This document shows, piece by piece, positions 1-8,812 of a stretch of 64,000 bases of DNA. The stretch spans positions 22,252 to 86,251 of the forward strand of contig CAVRFC010000002.1 of assembly GCA_963720315.1 (NCBI GenBank), written 5' to 3'. The position numbers were made by a program, and so were the translations under genes. Each line of letters begins with the position of its first letter. The first letter of the stretch is position 1. A model generated the notes under the pieces. It was not told the origin of the DNA, ran no database searches, and was given only the letters and a program-made list of their open reading frames with translations. The stretch is from an uncultured Chloroflexia bacterium (GTDB lineage: Bacteria; Chloroflexota; Limnocylindria; Limnocylindrales; CSP1-4).

Positions 1-446
1 AAGCCCGTTGCGAACAGGACCAGGGTCGCCAGGGCGATCACGATCTCGGGGACGATGATGCTGGTGTAGGTGAGTCCGTCGAAGATCAGCCTCATCTTCT
101 TGCCAACTCGCTGCAGGCCCAGCGCGGCCATCGTCCCGAACAGCGTCGCGAGGATTGCGTTCGGGACCGCGACAATGAAGCTGTTGAGGAGCGCCCGATG
201 GACCACCTCGTCGTTTAGGGCGACCTCGAACCAGCGCACCGAGAAGCCGACCCACTGCGCCGATCGCCGGTTCGTGTCATTGAACGCGAAGAGGATGACG
301 ATAAAGATCGGGATGTACAGGAAGAGGTAGACCAAGATCGAGTGCGATCGAAGCCAGCCATCCACTACCCCGGCCCAGCGGTCGGTCGCCCTGGTCCTGG
401 CTCGTCCGGGCGCGGCGCGCGCGGCCGGAACAGCGGGCGAAGTCAC
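1..446 (-). CDS. potC: ABC transporter permease, PotC-like (polyamine family). The 3' part runs off the left window edge.
   Basis: Hand translation of the minus strand from GTG 446..444 gives VTSPAV...ILVYLFLYIPIFIVILFAFND...NSFIVAVPNAILATLFGTMAALGL, a typical PotC/PotI N-terminus. GTGA start/stop overlap with the upstream permease (stop 443..445). Absent from the ORF track because it is open at the edge. Confidence 0.75.
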   Translation of the reverse strand, partial: MTSPAVPAARAAPGRARTRATDRWAGVVDGWLRSHSILVYLFLYIPIFIVILFAFNDTNRRSAQWVGFSVRWFEVALNDEVVHRALLNSFIVAVPNAILATLFGTMAALGLQRVGKKMRLIFDGLTYTSIIVPEIVIALATLVLFATG

Positions 447-1357
447 AGGACGCTCACCTCGCGGGTCCGCCGTCCCCGGTTCACGAACCACAAGTAGAAC
501 GTGATCGTGACGAACATGATGATCATCAGCCCGACAGCCCGGGCCGCCCCGTTTGGCCAGTTTCGATTCTGCAGGAAGTCACTGACGAGAGCGTTTCCCA
601 TCAGGTACGTCTGGCCGTAGCCAAGGATGTCCGGGATGACGTACTCACCCATCATCGGAATGAAGACGAGGATGCTCCCGGTCACCAGGCCGGGCAAGGC
701 TATGGGCAGCGTGACCTGGCGAAAGGTTGCCCACCGGCCCGCGCCAAGGTCCTTGGACGCCTCGAGCAACGTGCGATCCATCCGCTCAAGGGTCACGTAC
801 AAGGGAAACACCATCAGCGGCAGGTAGCCGTATATCAGCCCCAGAAGAACGGCATAAGGCGTTCCGAGGATTCGGAAGTCGTCGTTACCTGTCAGGTCCT
901 TGATCCAGCCGACGACCCCGAGGTCTGGACCAAGGATGATGAGCCACGAATAGGTCCGGATCAGGAAGCTCGTCCAGAAGGGGATGACGAGCAGGAGGAT
1001 GAGGAGACCCTTCCGACTACCGCCCCGCGTCGCGATGAAGTAGGCCAGCGGCAGGCCGACGAGCAGACACCCGATCGTACCGAAGACGGCCATCTGGATG
1101 CTCGATATGAACGGCTCCGGGCGGCTTAGGGCACGAATGTAGTTGTCGAGCACGAACGCGGGTTCGTAGCCGCCGTTCCGCGCACGGACCCCGAACGAGA
1201 AGATGACGATGATGATCAGCGGAGCGACGAGCAGAACGACGTACCAGAAGGCCGCCGGGAACAGCAGCGCCCCTGTCAGGGCACGCGTGCCCCAGCTGCG
1301 CGGCGGCGGATTCGCCGGAGCCTGACTCGCCGGAGCCGGACCCGTCGCCGCCGCCAT
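443..1357 (-). CDS. potB: ABC transporter permease, PotB-like
   Basis: 304-aa ORF with multiple TM segments. Carries a binding-protein-dependent transport permease signature (EASKDLGAGRWATFRQVTLPIALPG) and sits inside the A-D-B-C gene string. Confidence 0.85.
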   Translation of the reverse strand: MAAATGPAPASQAPANPPPRSWGTRALTGALLFPAAFWYVVLLVAPLIIIVIFSFGVRARNGGYEPAFVLDNYIRALSRPEPFISSIQMAVFGTIGCLLVGLPLAYFIATRGGSRKGLLILLLVIPFWTSFLIRTYSWLIILGPDLGVVGWIKDLTGNDDFRILGTPYAVLLGLIYGYLPLMVFPLYVTLERMDRTLLEASKDLGAGRWATFRQVTLPIALPGLVTGSILVFIPMMGEYVIPDILGYGQTYLMGNALVSDFLQNRNWPNGAARAVGLMIIMFVTITFYLWFVNRGRRTREVSVL

Positions 1358-1385
1358 CGCTCTCTCCGGTCTCGCTGCGACCTTG

Positions 1386-2594
1386 TCAGCCGCCGACGGC
1401 CTGCTTGAACTCCTCCAGGATGTCGGACCGCTGGGGCGTCCCGGCCAGATCGCGAGCGCTCTCTAGACTGGCGACGAGCTCGTCAGGCGGGAAAATCGCC
1501 GGGTTGTTCAGGATTTCTGGATCGACGAACTCCTTGGCGGCGTCGTTGCATGTGGCATAGAGGTTGTAGTTCGTCTCCTCGGCCTGGATCTCGGGCTCCT
1601 GGATGAAGTTCAGCCAGGCGTAACCGGCCTCCGGGTGCGGCGCGTCAGCCAGGAGCACCCACGCATCCATCCAATAGAGCGTGCCTTCGGACGGGTTGAC
1701 GAAACCGGCCTTGCCCTCCTCGACGAGGTCTGCCAGCTCCTGCCCAAGAGGGCCGGTCCAGCCGAGGGTCAAGGACGCCTCGCCGGCGGCCATCTTGTCG
1801 CCGTACGTATCGGAATCGAGGGCAAGGATGTGCGGGGCGCACTCGAGCAGGATCCCGCGAGCTTCGTCCAATTCCGCCTTGTCCTCGGTGTTGATCGAGT
1901 AACCGAGCATTTTGAGGGGGAACGTGAAGACGTCCGCCGACGATGTCACGAAAACAGTCTTCTGCGACGCCTCAGTCTTGAGCATGTCGTAGAAGTCGCG
2001 CCAGGAGGCAGGCACCTTCGAGAGTAGGTCGCTGCGGTACAGGATGCCGGTTGTGCCGAAGTCTTTCGGAACCTGGTACTCGTCATTGGGATCCCACCAG
2101 ACCTTCTTGAAGGCCGGATTGATGTGCTTGATGTTCGGGATCCGGGACGTATCGAGCTTCACGATGAAGCCTTCCTCGGCCATCCCGAGGACATACTCGG
2201 CCGTCGGCGCCGCGATGTCATAGCCACCGCCGCCACCCTGGAGGGTGGCCAGGAGGACGTCATTGTCCGCGTAGATGTCGTACTGGAACGTGCCGATCCC
2301 GTACCGCTCCTTGAAGGTGTCGATGTTGGTCGGCGAGATGTAGTCGGACCAGTTGTACATGAACAGGTCGCCCTCGACCGCGTAGCTCGGGGCGGGCGCC
2401 TCGGAGGGTGCGTCGGACGGGGCAAGGCTGGGAGCGCCGGCGCTGGGCGCGCTGCTTGGTGGCGCGCTAGAGCCCGAGCCGGTGGTGCAGGCCGCGAGCC
2501 CGGCCGCCGTGGCCGATGCGCCCATCATCGAGAGGAAGCCCCGACGATTGATGGGCTTCGTCAGGTACTTTGCGAGTCGCTCCTGATCAGTCAC
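1386..2594 (-). CDS. potD: Polyamine-type (PotD/PotF family) solute-binding lipoprotein
   Basis: 402-aa ORF. Twin-arginine plus lipobox N-terminus (NRRGFLSMMGASATAAGLAAC), an S/P/A linker, then a PotD/PotF-like mature domain. Lies between the ATPase and the permeases. Confidence 0.8.
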   Translation of the reverse strand: MTDQERLAKYLTKPINRRGFLSMMGASATAAGLAACTTGSGSSAPPSSAPSAGAPSLAPSDAPSEAPAPSYAVEGDLFMYNWSDYISPTNIDTFKERYGIGTFQYDIYADNDVLLATLQGGGGGYDIAAPTAEYVLGMAEEGFIVKLDTSRIPNIKHINPAFKKVWWDPNDEYQVPKDFGTTGILYRSDLLSKVPASWRDFYDMLKTEASQKTVFVTSSADVFTFPLKMLGYSINTEDKAELDEARGILLECAPHILALDSDTYGDKMAAGEASLTLGWTGPLGQELADLVEEGKAGFVNPSEGTLYWMDAWVLLADAPHPEAGYAWLNFIQEPEIQAEETNYNLYATCNDAAKEFVDPEILNNPAIFPPDELVASLESARDLAGTPQRSDILEEFKQAVGG

Positions 2595-2659
2595 GTTCTC
2601 CTCCTCCAGTTGGCCACCCTCGGCGGTCTTTGCTCCACCCGCTCCGGGGCGATCGTGAT

Positions 2660-3850
2660 TTAGGACAACAACACCAGATTTGCGTCATCCCTCCAACGGA
2701 CTACGACCGGGTCCCCCGGACCCACGCCCGACACGCTTCCGACTCCCGATGTGTTCTGTCGCCGGGCGATCATCTCGCCGGCGTGGCTCGTCGTGATCCG
2801 GTACTCAGTCTGGTCGCCCAGGTATGTCCCTTGGTGGATCCGGCCATTGACGCTCGTCCATCCTTCAGCGCCATCGACGCTTCCGTCGGCTGGGCCGACG
2901 CTCAGGCGCTCGGGACGGATCACGACGGTCACCTCGTCGCCCACCGTCGGCCGAGCGGTCGGATCGGTCACGCTGCCGAGCAGCTTCAATCCGGAGTCCA
3001 ATTCGACCCGGGCGCGGTGGCTGGTGGCGTCGAACTCCACGATCCTGCCGCGGATTGGGTTTGAAACGCCGATGAAGTTAGCCACGAACCGGTTGATCGG
3101 CCGCTCGTAAAGGTCCGTCGGGGACCCTTTCTGCTGGATCTTGCCGTCCTGCATGACGACGATCAGGTCCGACATAGTCAGAGCCTCTTCTTGGTCGTGG
3201 GTCACGTAGACGAACGTGATCCCGACCTCCTGCTGGAGGGCCTTGAGCTCCAACTGCATCTCCTTGCGGAGCTTCAGGTCAAGGGCACCGAGCGGCTCGT
3301 CGAGGAGGAGCACCGTGGGGTGGTTCACGAGGGCGCGGGCGAGGGCGACGCGCTGCTGTTGGCCGCCGGAGAGCTCCCAGGTACGGCGTCGCTCGTAGCC
3401 GGCCAGGCGGACGAGCCCGAGAGCCTCGGTTGCCCGCCGTCGCTCCTCGTCGCGACCAACCTTCTTCTGGCGCAGGCCGTAGCCGACGTTCTGGGCGACG
3501 TCCATGTGCGGGAACAGCGCGTAGTGCTGGAAGACCGTGTTCACGTTCCGGTGATAGGGCGGGACGCCGGCGATCGGTCGCCCGTCGAGCAGGATCTCGC
3601 CCTCGGTCGGCTGCTCGAAGCCGGCGATCATCCGCAGCGTCGTCGTCTTGCCGCAGCCGGACGGGCCGAGGAGGCTCGTGAACGAGCTCCGCGGAATGTC
3701 CAGGGTCATCCGGTCGACCGCGACGACCTCCCCGAACCGCTTTGTAACGTCGATGAGCTCGACATCGGGCGCGTCACGGCCGGCTCTGGCGGACTGCGGC
3801 GATGTACCCCCGTCTGGTCGGCGATTAGGCGGGGTCTCGGTGACGGTCAC
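2660..3850 (-). CDS. potA: ABC transporter ATP-binding protein, PotA-like
   Basis: Walker [13 protein letters not shown] signature [15 protein letters not shown], Walker B LLLDEP, and a C-terminal TOBE-like regulatory domain. Confidence 0.9.
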   Translation of the reverse strand: MTVTETPPNRRPDGGTSPQSARAGRDAPDVELIDVTKRFGEVVAVDRMTLDIPRSSFTSLLGPSGCGKTTTLRMIAGFEQPTEGEILLDGRPIAGVPPYHRNVNTVFQHYALFPHMDVAQNVGYGLRQKKVGRDEERRRATEALGLVRLAGYERRRTWELSGGQQQRVALARALVNHPTVLLLDEPLGALDLKLRKEMQLELKALQQEVGITFVYVTHDQEEALTMSDLIVVMQDGKIQQKGSPTDLYERPINRFVANFIGVSNPIRGRIVEFDATSHRARVELDSGLKLLGSVTDPTARPTVGDEVTVVIRPERLSVGPADGSVDGAEGWTSVNGRIHQGTYLGDQTEYRITTSHAGEMIARRQNTSGVGSVSGVGPGDPVVVRWRDDANLVLLS

Positions 3851-4001
3851 GGGCCCTCTTCTTCGCGGGACGGATCGTGCACGTTGGGAATGTAGCGTTG
3901 CTACAGGCTGGCCGATGGTACGCGGAGCGATCCCGCATCGTCAACGCGTGATGCGTGCGATATTCGAATCCTCATCGCCGCGATAGGAGGGAGATTCCCG
4001 G

Positions 4002-4026
4002 TTCACTGAAGCTATACTTCACTTTC
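4002..4026. promoter_or_regulatory. Candidate operator in the potA / XRE-cupin divergent intergenic region
   Basis: Inverted repeat TGAAG-CTATA-CTTCA at 4007..4021, embedded in the direct repeat TTCACT (4002..4007 and 4018..4023). It sits in a locally AT-richer patch about 35 nt upstream of the regulator ATG (4059). Confidence 0.3.
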
Positions 4027-4058
4027 TCGGCGATTTTCGGGAGGCAGCATCCGCCGCG

Positions 4059-4646
4059 ATGACGACCAGTTCTGCGCCCGCATCGGCATCCGCGCCCACG
4101 GAGTTCCAGCTCGGCCCGCGGATCCGTGCGCTCAGGCAGGCACGCAACGTCACGCTTCGCGAGCTTGCCCAACGAGCCGGCGTCACCGAGAGCTTCCTGT
4201 CGCAGGTCGAGCGCGAGGTCACGAGCCCATCGATCGCGTCCGTGCAGCGGATCGCTCGCGCGCTCGACCTCGCGATCGCCGAGCTCTTCACCGAGGAGGC
4301 TCCCCGTGGGCGCGTCGTCCGACGGGCCGAGCGCCGGCGGATCGTCTATCCGGGCCTCCAGGCGATCGACGAGTTCCTCACGTCCGACATGACCGCCCGG
4401 CTCCAGGTGATCCTGTCGACGATCGAGCCAGGCGGTGGCACTGGCGAAGAGCCATATGCCCACGACTCCGACGAGGAGGTCGTAATCGTCCTGTCGGGCC
4501 AGCTCGAGCTGTGGGTCGCCGACGAGCATCATCTGCTCGAGGAGGGTGATTCGATCACCTATTCCTCGCGTCTTCCGCATCGGAACGTCAACAGTTCCGA
4601 TCGGCAGGCCCTCGTCCTCTTCTGCCTGACGCCGCCGAGCTTCTGA
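4059..4646 (+). CDS. XRE-family HTH plus C-terminal cupin transcriptional regulator (PuuR-like architecture)
   Basis: N-terminal HTH LGPRIRALRQARNVTLRELAQRAGVTESFLSQVEREV and a C-terminal cupin-like domain (PYAHDSDEEVVIVLSGQLELWV...). GGGAGG lies upstream of the ATG. Divergent from the pot operon. Confidence 0.8.
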   Translation: MTTSSAPASASAPTEFQLGPRIRALRQARNVTLRELAQRAGVTESFLSQVEREVTSPSIASVQRIARALDLAIAELFTEEAPRGRVVRRAERRRIVYPGLQAIDEFLTSDMTARLQVILSTIEPGGGTGEEPYAHDSDEEVVIVLSGQLELWVADEHHLLEEGDSITYSSRLPHRNVNSSDRQALVLFCLTPPSF

Positions 4647-4701
4647 GGGCCGACGCTCGCGAACGTCTCCGGGACGGCTCCGCCGCACCGCTCGGCCCGA
4701 C

Positions 4702-4707
4702 TAGAAT
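4702..4707 (+). promoter_or_regulatory. -10-like hexamer TAGAAT, 8 nt upstream of the manC ATG (possible leaderless or short-leader promoter)
   Basis: TAGAAT at 4702..4707 and ATG at 4716, with no Shine-Dalgarno between them. Confidence 0.35.
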
Positions 4708-4715
4708 GACCGCCC

Positions 4716-5810
4716 ATGTATGCCGTGATCCTGGCCGGTGGTGGCGGGACCCGGCTCTGGCCGCTCAGCCGACCCGAGCGACCGAAGCCCTTCCTCCCGC
4801 TTCTCGGCGACGAGTCTCTCCTTCAGCGGACTGTGAGCCGGATCGCACCGCTCGTCCGTGAGGGCGACGTCTACTGCGTGACGGAGCGTCGCTACGGCCA
4901 GCTCGTCCGCGATCAGGTCCCGGACGTCCGGCTCATCGTCGAGCCCGGCGGCAGGAACACCGCGGCGGCGATCGCCCTCGCCACGGCCCTCATCGACCGG
5001 CCCGATGGCGAGGTGATGCTCGTCCTCCCGGCCGACCAGTGGATCGAGCGCGAGGACGAGTTCCGCGACATCGTGTCGGTCGCCGTCGGGCGCCTCGCGA
5101 CGGGCGTCTTCGACATCGACGAGCCGCTCGTAACGCTGGGCATCCACCCCTCCCATCCCTCGACCGACTACGGCTACCTGCGGCCCGACACGATGCGCGG
5201 CGAGAAGGTCGAGGGCGTCCGCACCTTCCCGCTCCTTTCCTTCGAGGAGAAGCCGACCGAAGCCCGCGCGCGCGAGCTGATCAACATGCCCGGCGTCGCG
5301 TGGAACGCCGGCATGTTCGCCTGGCGACGGGGCGCGATCCGTTGGGCGATCGAGAAGTACACCCCGCTGATGATGCTGATCGAGCCGGCGGCGGGCTCGG
5401 AGCTGGCCCTCGCCGCGGCCTACGACCGGATTCATCCGATCTCGATCGATCACGCGGTCATGGAGGGCGCGGCGGGCGATCACCGGGTCGTGATGGGGTC
5501 AATGGATGTCGGGTGGAGTGATCTCGGTAGCTGGTCGTCGCTCCTGGCCGGCCTCGCCGGCCGCGCAGGCCTCACGCCGGACGACGCGGGTGGCATGAGC
5601 GGTCGCGTGATCCAGTCGGGCGAGGCGGTCGACGTCGGCCCCGATGACCTACTAGTTCGGTCCAAGGAGGGTCGACTCTCAGTCGAGGCCCCGACCGGCG
5701 AAAGGTTCCTGTCGGACGGCGTCTCCGCCCACCTCGCCGGCGCCCGCGAACTACATACCGAGGTGCGGGCGCTCCTCGACCGCGTGGCACACCAGGAGGA
5801 GCGAGTTTGA
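4716..5810 (+). CDS. manC: Mannose-1-phosphate guanylyltransferase (nucleotidyltransferase domain only)
   Basis: N-terminus MYAVILAGGGGTRLWPLSRPERPKPF (GxGTRLxPLS NTP-transferase motif). 364 aa with no C-terminal cupin. Confidence 0.85.
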   Translation: MYAVILAGGGGTRLWPLSRPERPKPFLPLLGDESLLQRTVSRIAPLVREGDVYCVTERRYGQLVRDQVPDVRLIVEPGGRNTAAAIALATALIDRPDGEVMLVLPADQWIEREDEFRDIVSVAVGRLATGVFDIDEPLVTLGIHPSHPSTDYGYLRPDTMRGEKVEGVRTFPLLSFEEKPTEARARELINMPGVAWNAGMFAWRRGAIRWAIEKYTPLMMLIEPAAGSELALAAAYDRIHPISIDHAVMEGAAGDHRVVMGSMDVGWSDLGSWSSLLAGLAGRAGLTPDDAGGMSGRVIQSGEAVDVGPDDLLVRSKEGRLSVEAPTGERFLSDGVSAHLAGARELHTEVRALLDRVAHQEERV

Positions 5811-7288
5811 CGAACATCGCCGAGGCGGCGAGCCCGACGACGATCGTCTTCGGCACCGACGGCTGGCGCGCGAAGATCGCCGACGATTACACGTTCGCCA
5901 ACGTCCGCCGCTGCGCCGACGGAGTCGCCCGCTACGTCGTCGACCGGGGCGAGCAGGCCAAGGGCGTCGTCGTCGCCTACGACCGGCGGTTCGCCTCGGA
6001 GCACTTCGCGGCGTCGGCGGCGGAGGTCCTGCTCGCCCATGACATCCCGGTGGCGTTCGCCGTCCACGCCGTTCCGACCCAGATGTCGAGCTACGAGGTC
6101 CTGGAGCGGGGAGCGGCCGCCGGCATCGTCATCACCGCCAGCCACAATCCCTGGACCGACAACGGCTTCAAGGTCAAGGCGCCCACCGGTGCCGCGGCCG
6201 GCCCCGAGATCCTCACGACGATCGAGGCGCAGATCGCCCGCAACGGCGGGACCGCGATCGAGCGACGGCCGTTCGCCGACGCCGAGGCGGCCGGCCTCGT
6301 TGAGCGCTTCGACCCGTTCCCGGGATACGAAACGTTCCTCCGCCGCTCGCTCGACCTCGACTCGCTCAAGGCGGCTGACCTGACGGTCCTCGTCGACCCG
6401 ATGTACGGCGCGGGCGCGGGCTGGATCCCGCGGCTGCTGGCCGGCGGCAGGATCCGGGTAACGGAGATCCACCAGGAGCGAAACCCCTATTTCGGTGGCA
6501 TCAACCCGGAGCCCATCCGGCCGCACATCGACGAGGCGCTCGGGATCCTGGCGAAGGGCGGCTACGACCTTGGCCTGCTGCTCGACGGCGATGCGGACCG
6601 CGCCGGGGCGGCCGATGAGAAGGGCACGTTCATCCACCAGCTCCAGGTCACCGGCCTGTTGATGTACTACCTCGCGGAGCACCGCGGCCTGCGCCAGCCG
6701 GTCGTCGTCAGCGTCAACAACACCTCGACCGCCGCCAGGCTCGGCGAGCGCTACGGAATCGAGACGCACGAGACCCCGGTTGGCTTCAAGTTCATCGGGC
6801 CGCGGATGATCGAGACCGGGGCGATGATGGGCGCGGAGGAATCGGGCGGTTACGGCTTCGGGATGCATCTGCCCGAGCGCGACGGCATCTACGCCGACCT
6901 CATGCTGCTCGACCTCTTCCTCCGCGAGAAGGCCGCCGGCCGCTGGCCGGTGTCGATGGCGATCGAGCACTTCCACGAGATCGCGGGACCGTCGTTCTAC
7001 CGGCGGATCGACGTCCACGTGCCGCGCGACGAGTACCCCGAGGTCAAACGGCGCCTCCTCGTCGACCTCGTCGCCAACGCCCCGATCGAGCTGGCCGGCC
7101 GGCCCGTGAACCGGACGCAGTCGCTCGAGACGAAGGACGGGTTCAAGTTCTTCCTCGACGACGGCTCGTGGCTGCTCGTCCGGGCGTCCGGCACGGAGCC
7201 GCTCGTCCGGGTCTACACGGAGGCGACCTCGGAGGCCATCCGCGAATCGATGCTCGATGCCGGCGAGCGCCTCGTCCGCGGCTCATGA
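5807..7288 (+). CDS. manB: Phosphomannomutase/phosphoglucomutase
   Basis: Phosphoserine loop TASHNPWTDNGFK and metal loop LLLDGDADRAG. TTGA overlap with the manC stop. Confidence 0.85.
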   Translation: MTNIAEAASPTTIVFGTDGWRAKIADDYTFANVRRCADGVARYVVDRGEQAKGVVVAYDRRFASEHFAASAAEVLLAHDIPVAFAVHAVPTQMSSYEVLERGAAAGIVITASHNPWTDNGFKVKAPTGAAAGPEILTTIEAQIARNGGTAIERRPFADAEAAGLVERFDPFPGYETFLRRSLDLDSLKAADLTVLVDPMYGAGAGWIPRLLAGGRIRVTEIHQERNPYFGGINPEPIRPHIDEALGILAKGGYDLGLLLDGDADRAGAADEKGTFIHQLQVTGLLMYYLAEHRGLRQPVVVSVNNTSTAARLGERYGIETHETPVGFKFIGPRMIETGAMMGAEESGGYGFGMHLPERDGIYADLMLLDLFLREKAAGRWPVSMAIEHFHEIAGPSFYRRIDVHVPRDEYPEVKRRLLVDLVANAPIELAGRPVNRTQSLETKDGFKFFLDDGSWLLVRASGTEPLVRVYTEATSEAIRESMLDAGERLVRGS

Positions 7289-7674
7289 CTGAGACGTCGG
7301 GATCGGCGGAAGGCGTCTCGCGGCGCGTCGACAAGCCCTGGGGCCACGAGCTGATCTGGGCTCACACGGAGCAGTACGTTGGCAAGATCCTCGTCATCGA
7401 GACGGGCCGGCGCCTGTCGCTTCAGCGCCACCTCGTCAAGGACGAGTCGATCTACGTGCTGTCCGGTCGGCTCCTCCTGACCCTCGAGGACGATCGGGGC
7501 GAGGTGCGGACGGAGGAGCTCGGCCCGGGCGCCCACCGCCGCGTCCGCACCGGCCGGATCCACCGTTACGAGGCCGCGGAGCGCTGCGAGATCCTCGAGG
7601 TCTCGACGCCGGAGCTCGACGATGTCGTCCGGCTCGAGGACGACTTCGGTCGCGAGGGCACGTCCGCCCCGTAG
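7285..7674 (+). CDS. Cupin-domain protein resembling the C-terminal (type II PMI-like) part of bifunctional ManC
   Basis: MTETSG...VDKPWGHELIWAHTEQYVGKILVIETGRRLSLQRH...DESIYVLSG. The ATG at 7285 overlaps the manB stop (ATGA). The 168-aa ORF-track start at 7168 lies inside manB and is unlikely. Confidence 0.6.
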   Translation: MTETSGSAEGVSRRVDKPWGHELIWAHTEQYVGKILVIETGRRLSLQRHLVKDESIYVLSGRLLLTLEDDRGEVRTEELGPGAHRRVRTGRIHRYEAAERCEILEVSTPELDDVVRLEDDFGREGTSAP

Positions 7675-7917
7675 GCTCGGCAACGTCAGCGACCGCCGGG
7701 CAATCGCCCATCGAGGTCCCGAGGCTGAGCTCCGCGAAGCCATCTGCCCGAGGTCTTCGTGGCCCGCAGGTCCGGGGCGAGATTGGACGAATCGGGGGGT
7801 GACCGGACGGGCTGTCGGGTGTATCGTGGCGGCACACGACCGCTCCACCGGTCGGATGGTGCATCGACCGGGCGCGGCCACGTGAACGCCCTCACGGGGC
7901 GACGGAGGTATGCCGCG

Positions 7918-8193
7918 ATGCACAGTTCCCTGATCGGCAAAGTCGAGAAGGCGAATCGCTACGCGCGTGAGCTCGATCGCATCACGATCGACCGGCTCTC
8001 GCTCACATTCCGTGGCGACAACGACACTCATCACGTCAGTCTCGACGCCGGTCAGTGGCACTGCACCTGCCACTATTTCGAGAGTTGGGCCTCGTGCGTC
8101 CACCTCCTGACACTGCAGAAGATCATGGGCGTCATGCTGCCCGAAGAGGCCCAGGTCTCGATCTTCGCCGCGCAGATGCCAGCCTCCGCCTGA
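7918..8193 (+). CDS. Small stand-alone SWIM zinc-finger protein
   Basis: The CxCx(n)CxH pattern WHCTCHYFESWASCVH is present. GGAGGT at 7904..7909 precedes the ATG at 7918, which is in frame with track ORF 7759..8193. Confidence 0.55.
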   Translation: MHSSLIGKVEKANRYARELDRITIDRLSLTFRGDNDTHHVSLDAGQWHCTCHYFESWASCVHLLTLQKIMGVMLPEEAQVSIFAAQMPASA

Positions 8194-8209
8194 CCGACCC
8201 GGCAGCGCC

Positions 8210-8796
8210 TCATTCGACGATGAGGTGCCAGTAGTACGCCCCGCTCCCGAGCCCCTGGCCGTAGGTGATCGTCACCGAGACGACCCAATCGCCGGACCCT
8301 GGGGCAGTGAACGCGGCAGCGGGGCCGACGCCCGAGGCCAGGCCGGCGACCGCGTCCGCCGTGACGTCGGCCGCGGTAGCGATCCGCGCGGTCCAGTCCT
8401 TGATCGTGGCGCGCTCATCCAGCTCGACCCGCAGTTTTGTCCCGTCCCGGACCTGGACTGTGTCGAGCGCCGTCGCGGGTAGCCAGGGAGCGCTGTCGCT
8501 GAGCCGCCCGAAGGTGAAGCCACCGACCTCACCCGGGTGGCGCTGTGCGCCGACGACGAGGATGGCGAGTGGTGCGTCGCTCACGGCCGGCGTGCCGGCG
8601 TCGCCTGCGGCGGACTCCCGACCGTCTCGCTCGCCGAGTCAGCGGGTGTGGCGGCGGCGGTGACAGCCGGGGCGCTGGGCGTCGGCGACGCCGGGCCGGC
8701 GCTCGGCGGTTGCGTCGCCGAGCACGCGCTGGCGACGATGCCGACGACGCCGATCGCCACGACCACCACCCCGCCGACTCGAAGAGCGTTCGTCAT
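8210..8796 (-). pseudogene. Hypothetical secreted lipoprotein. As assembled it is split into signal peptide plus linker (8581..8796) and the mature domain (8210..8584).
   Basis: 8581..8796 encodes only a lipoprotein-type signal (VVVVAIGVVGIVASAC) plus a P/A/S linker. It ends in a GTGA overlap with the 124-aa ORF. One gene with an indel near 8585..8600 is the simplest reading. Two coupled ORFs cannot be excluded. Confidence 0.45.
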
Positions 8797-8812
8797 TGCG
8801 CGTCCTCCTGCG

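Noticed and set aside
3963-3971. TTCGAATCC, a tRNA T-loop-like string in the potA/regulator spacer
   Set aside because: The flanking sequence cannot form a 5-bp T-stem with a 7-nt loop (the only stem, GCGAT/ATCGC, leaves a 12-nt loop). No acceptor or anticodon arms are evident.
5480-7018. 512-aa minus-strand ORF. Similar long antisense or overlapping ORFs include 13056..14345(-), 15877..16929(-), 18456..19844(+), 22435..23445(-), 23755..24894(-), 27595..28890(+), 29209..30378(-) and 30616..31731(-).
   Set aside because: All lie opposite, or out of frame with, genes that have clear homology. All show R/P/G/A-dominated composition typical of non-coding frames in high-GC genomes.
7675-7917. Possible riboswitch or sRNA in the 243-nt spacer upstream of the SWIM gene. 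It contains GC-rich stems, for example GACCGG...CCGGTC and GTGGCGG...CCGCTCCAC.
   Set aside because: I could not match it to any riboswitch consensus I know. GC-rich DNA forms such stems by chance. Left as unsupported; an Rfam scan would settle it.
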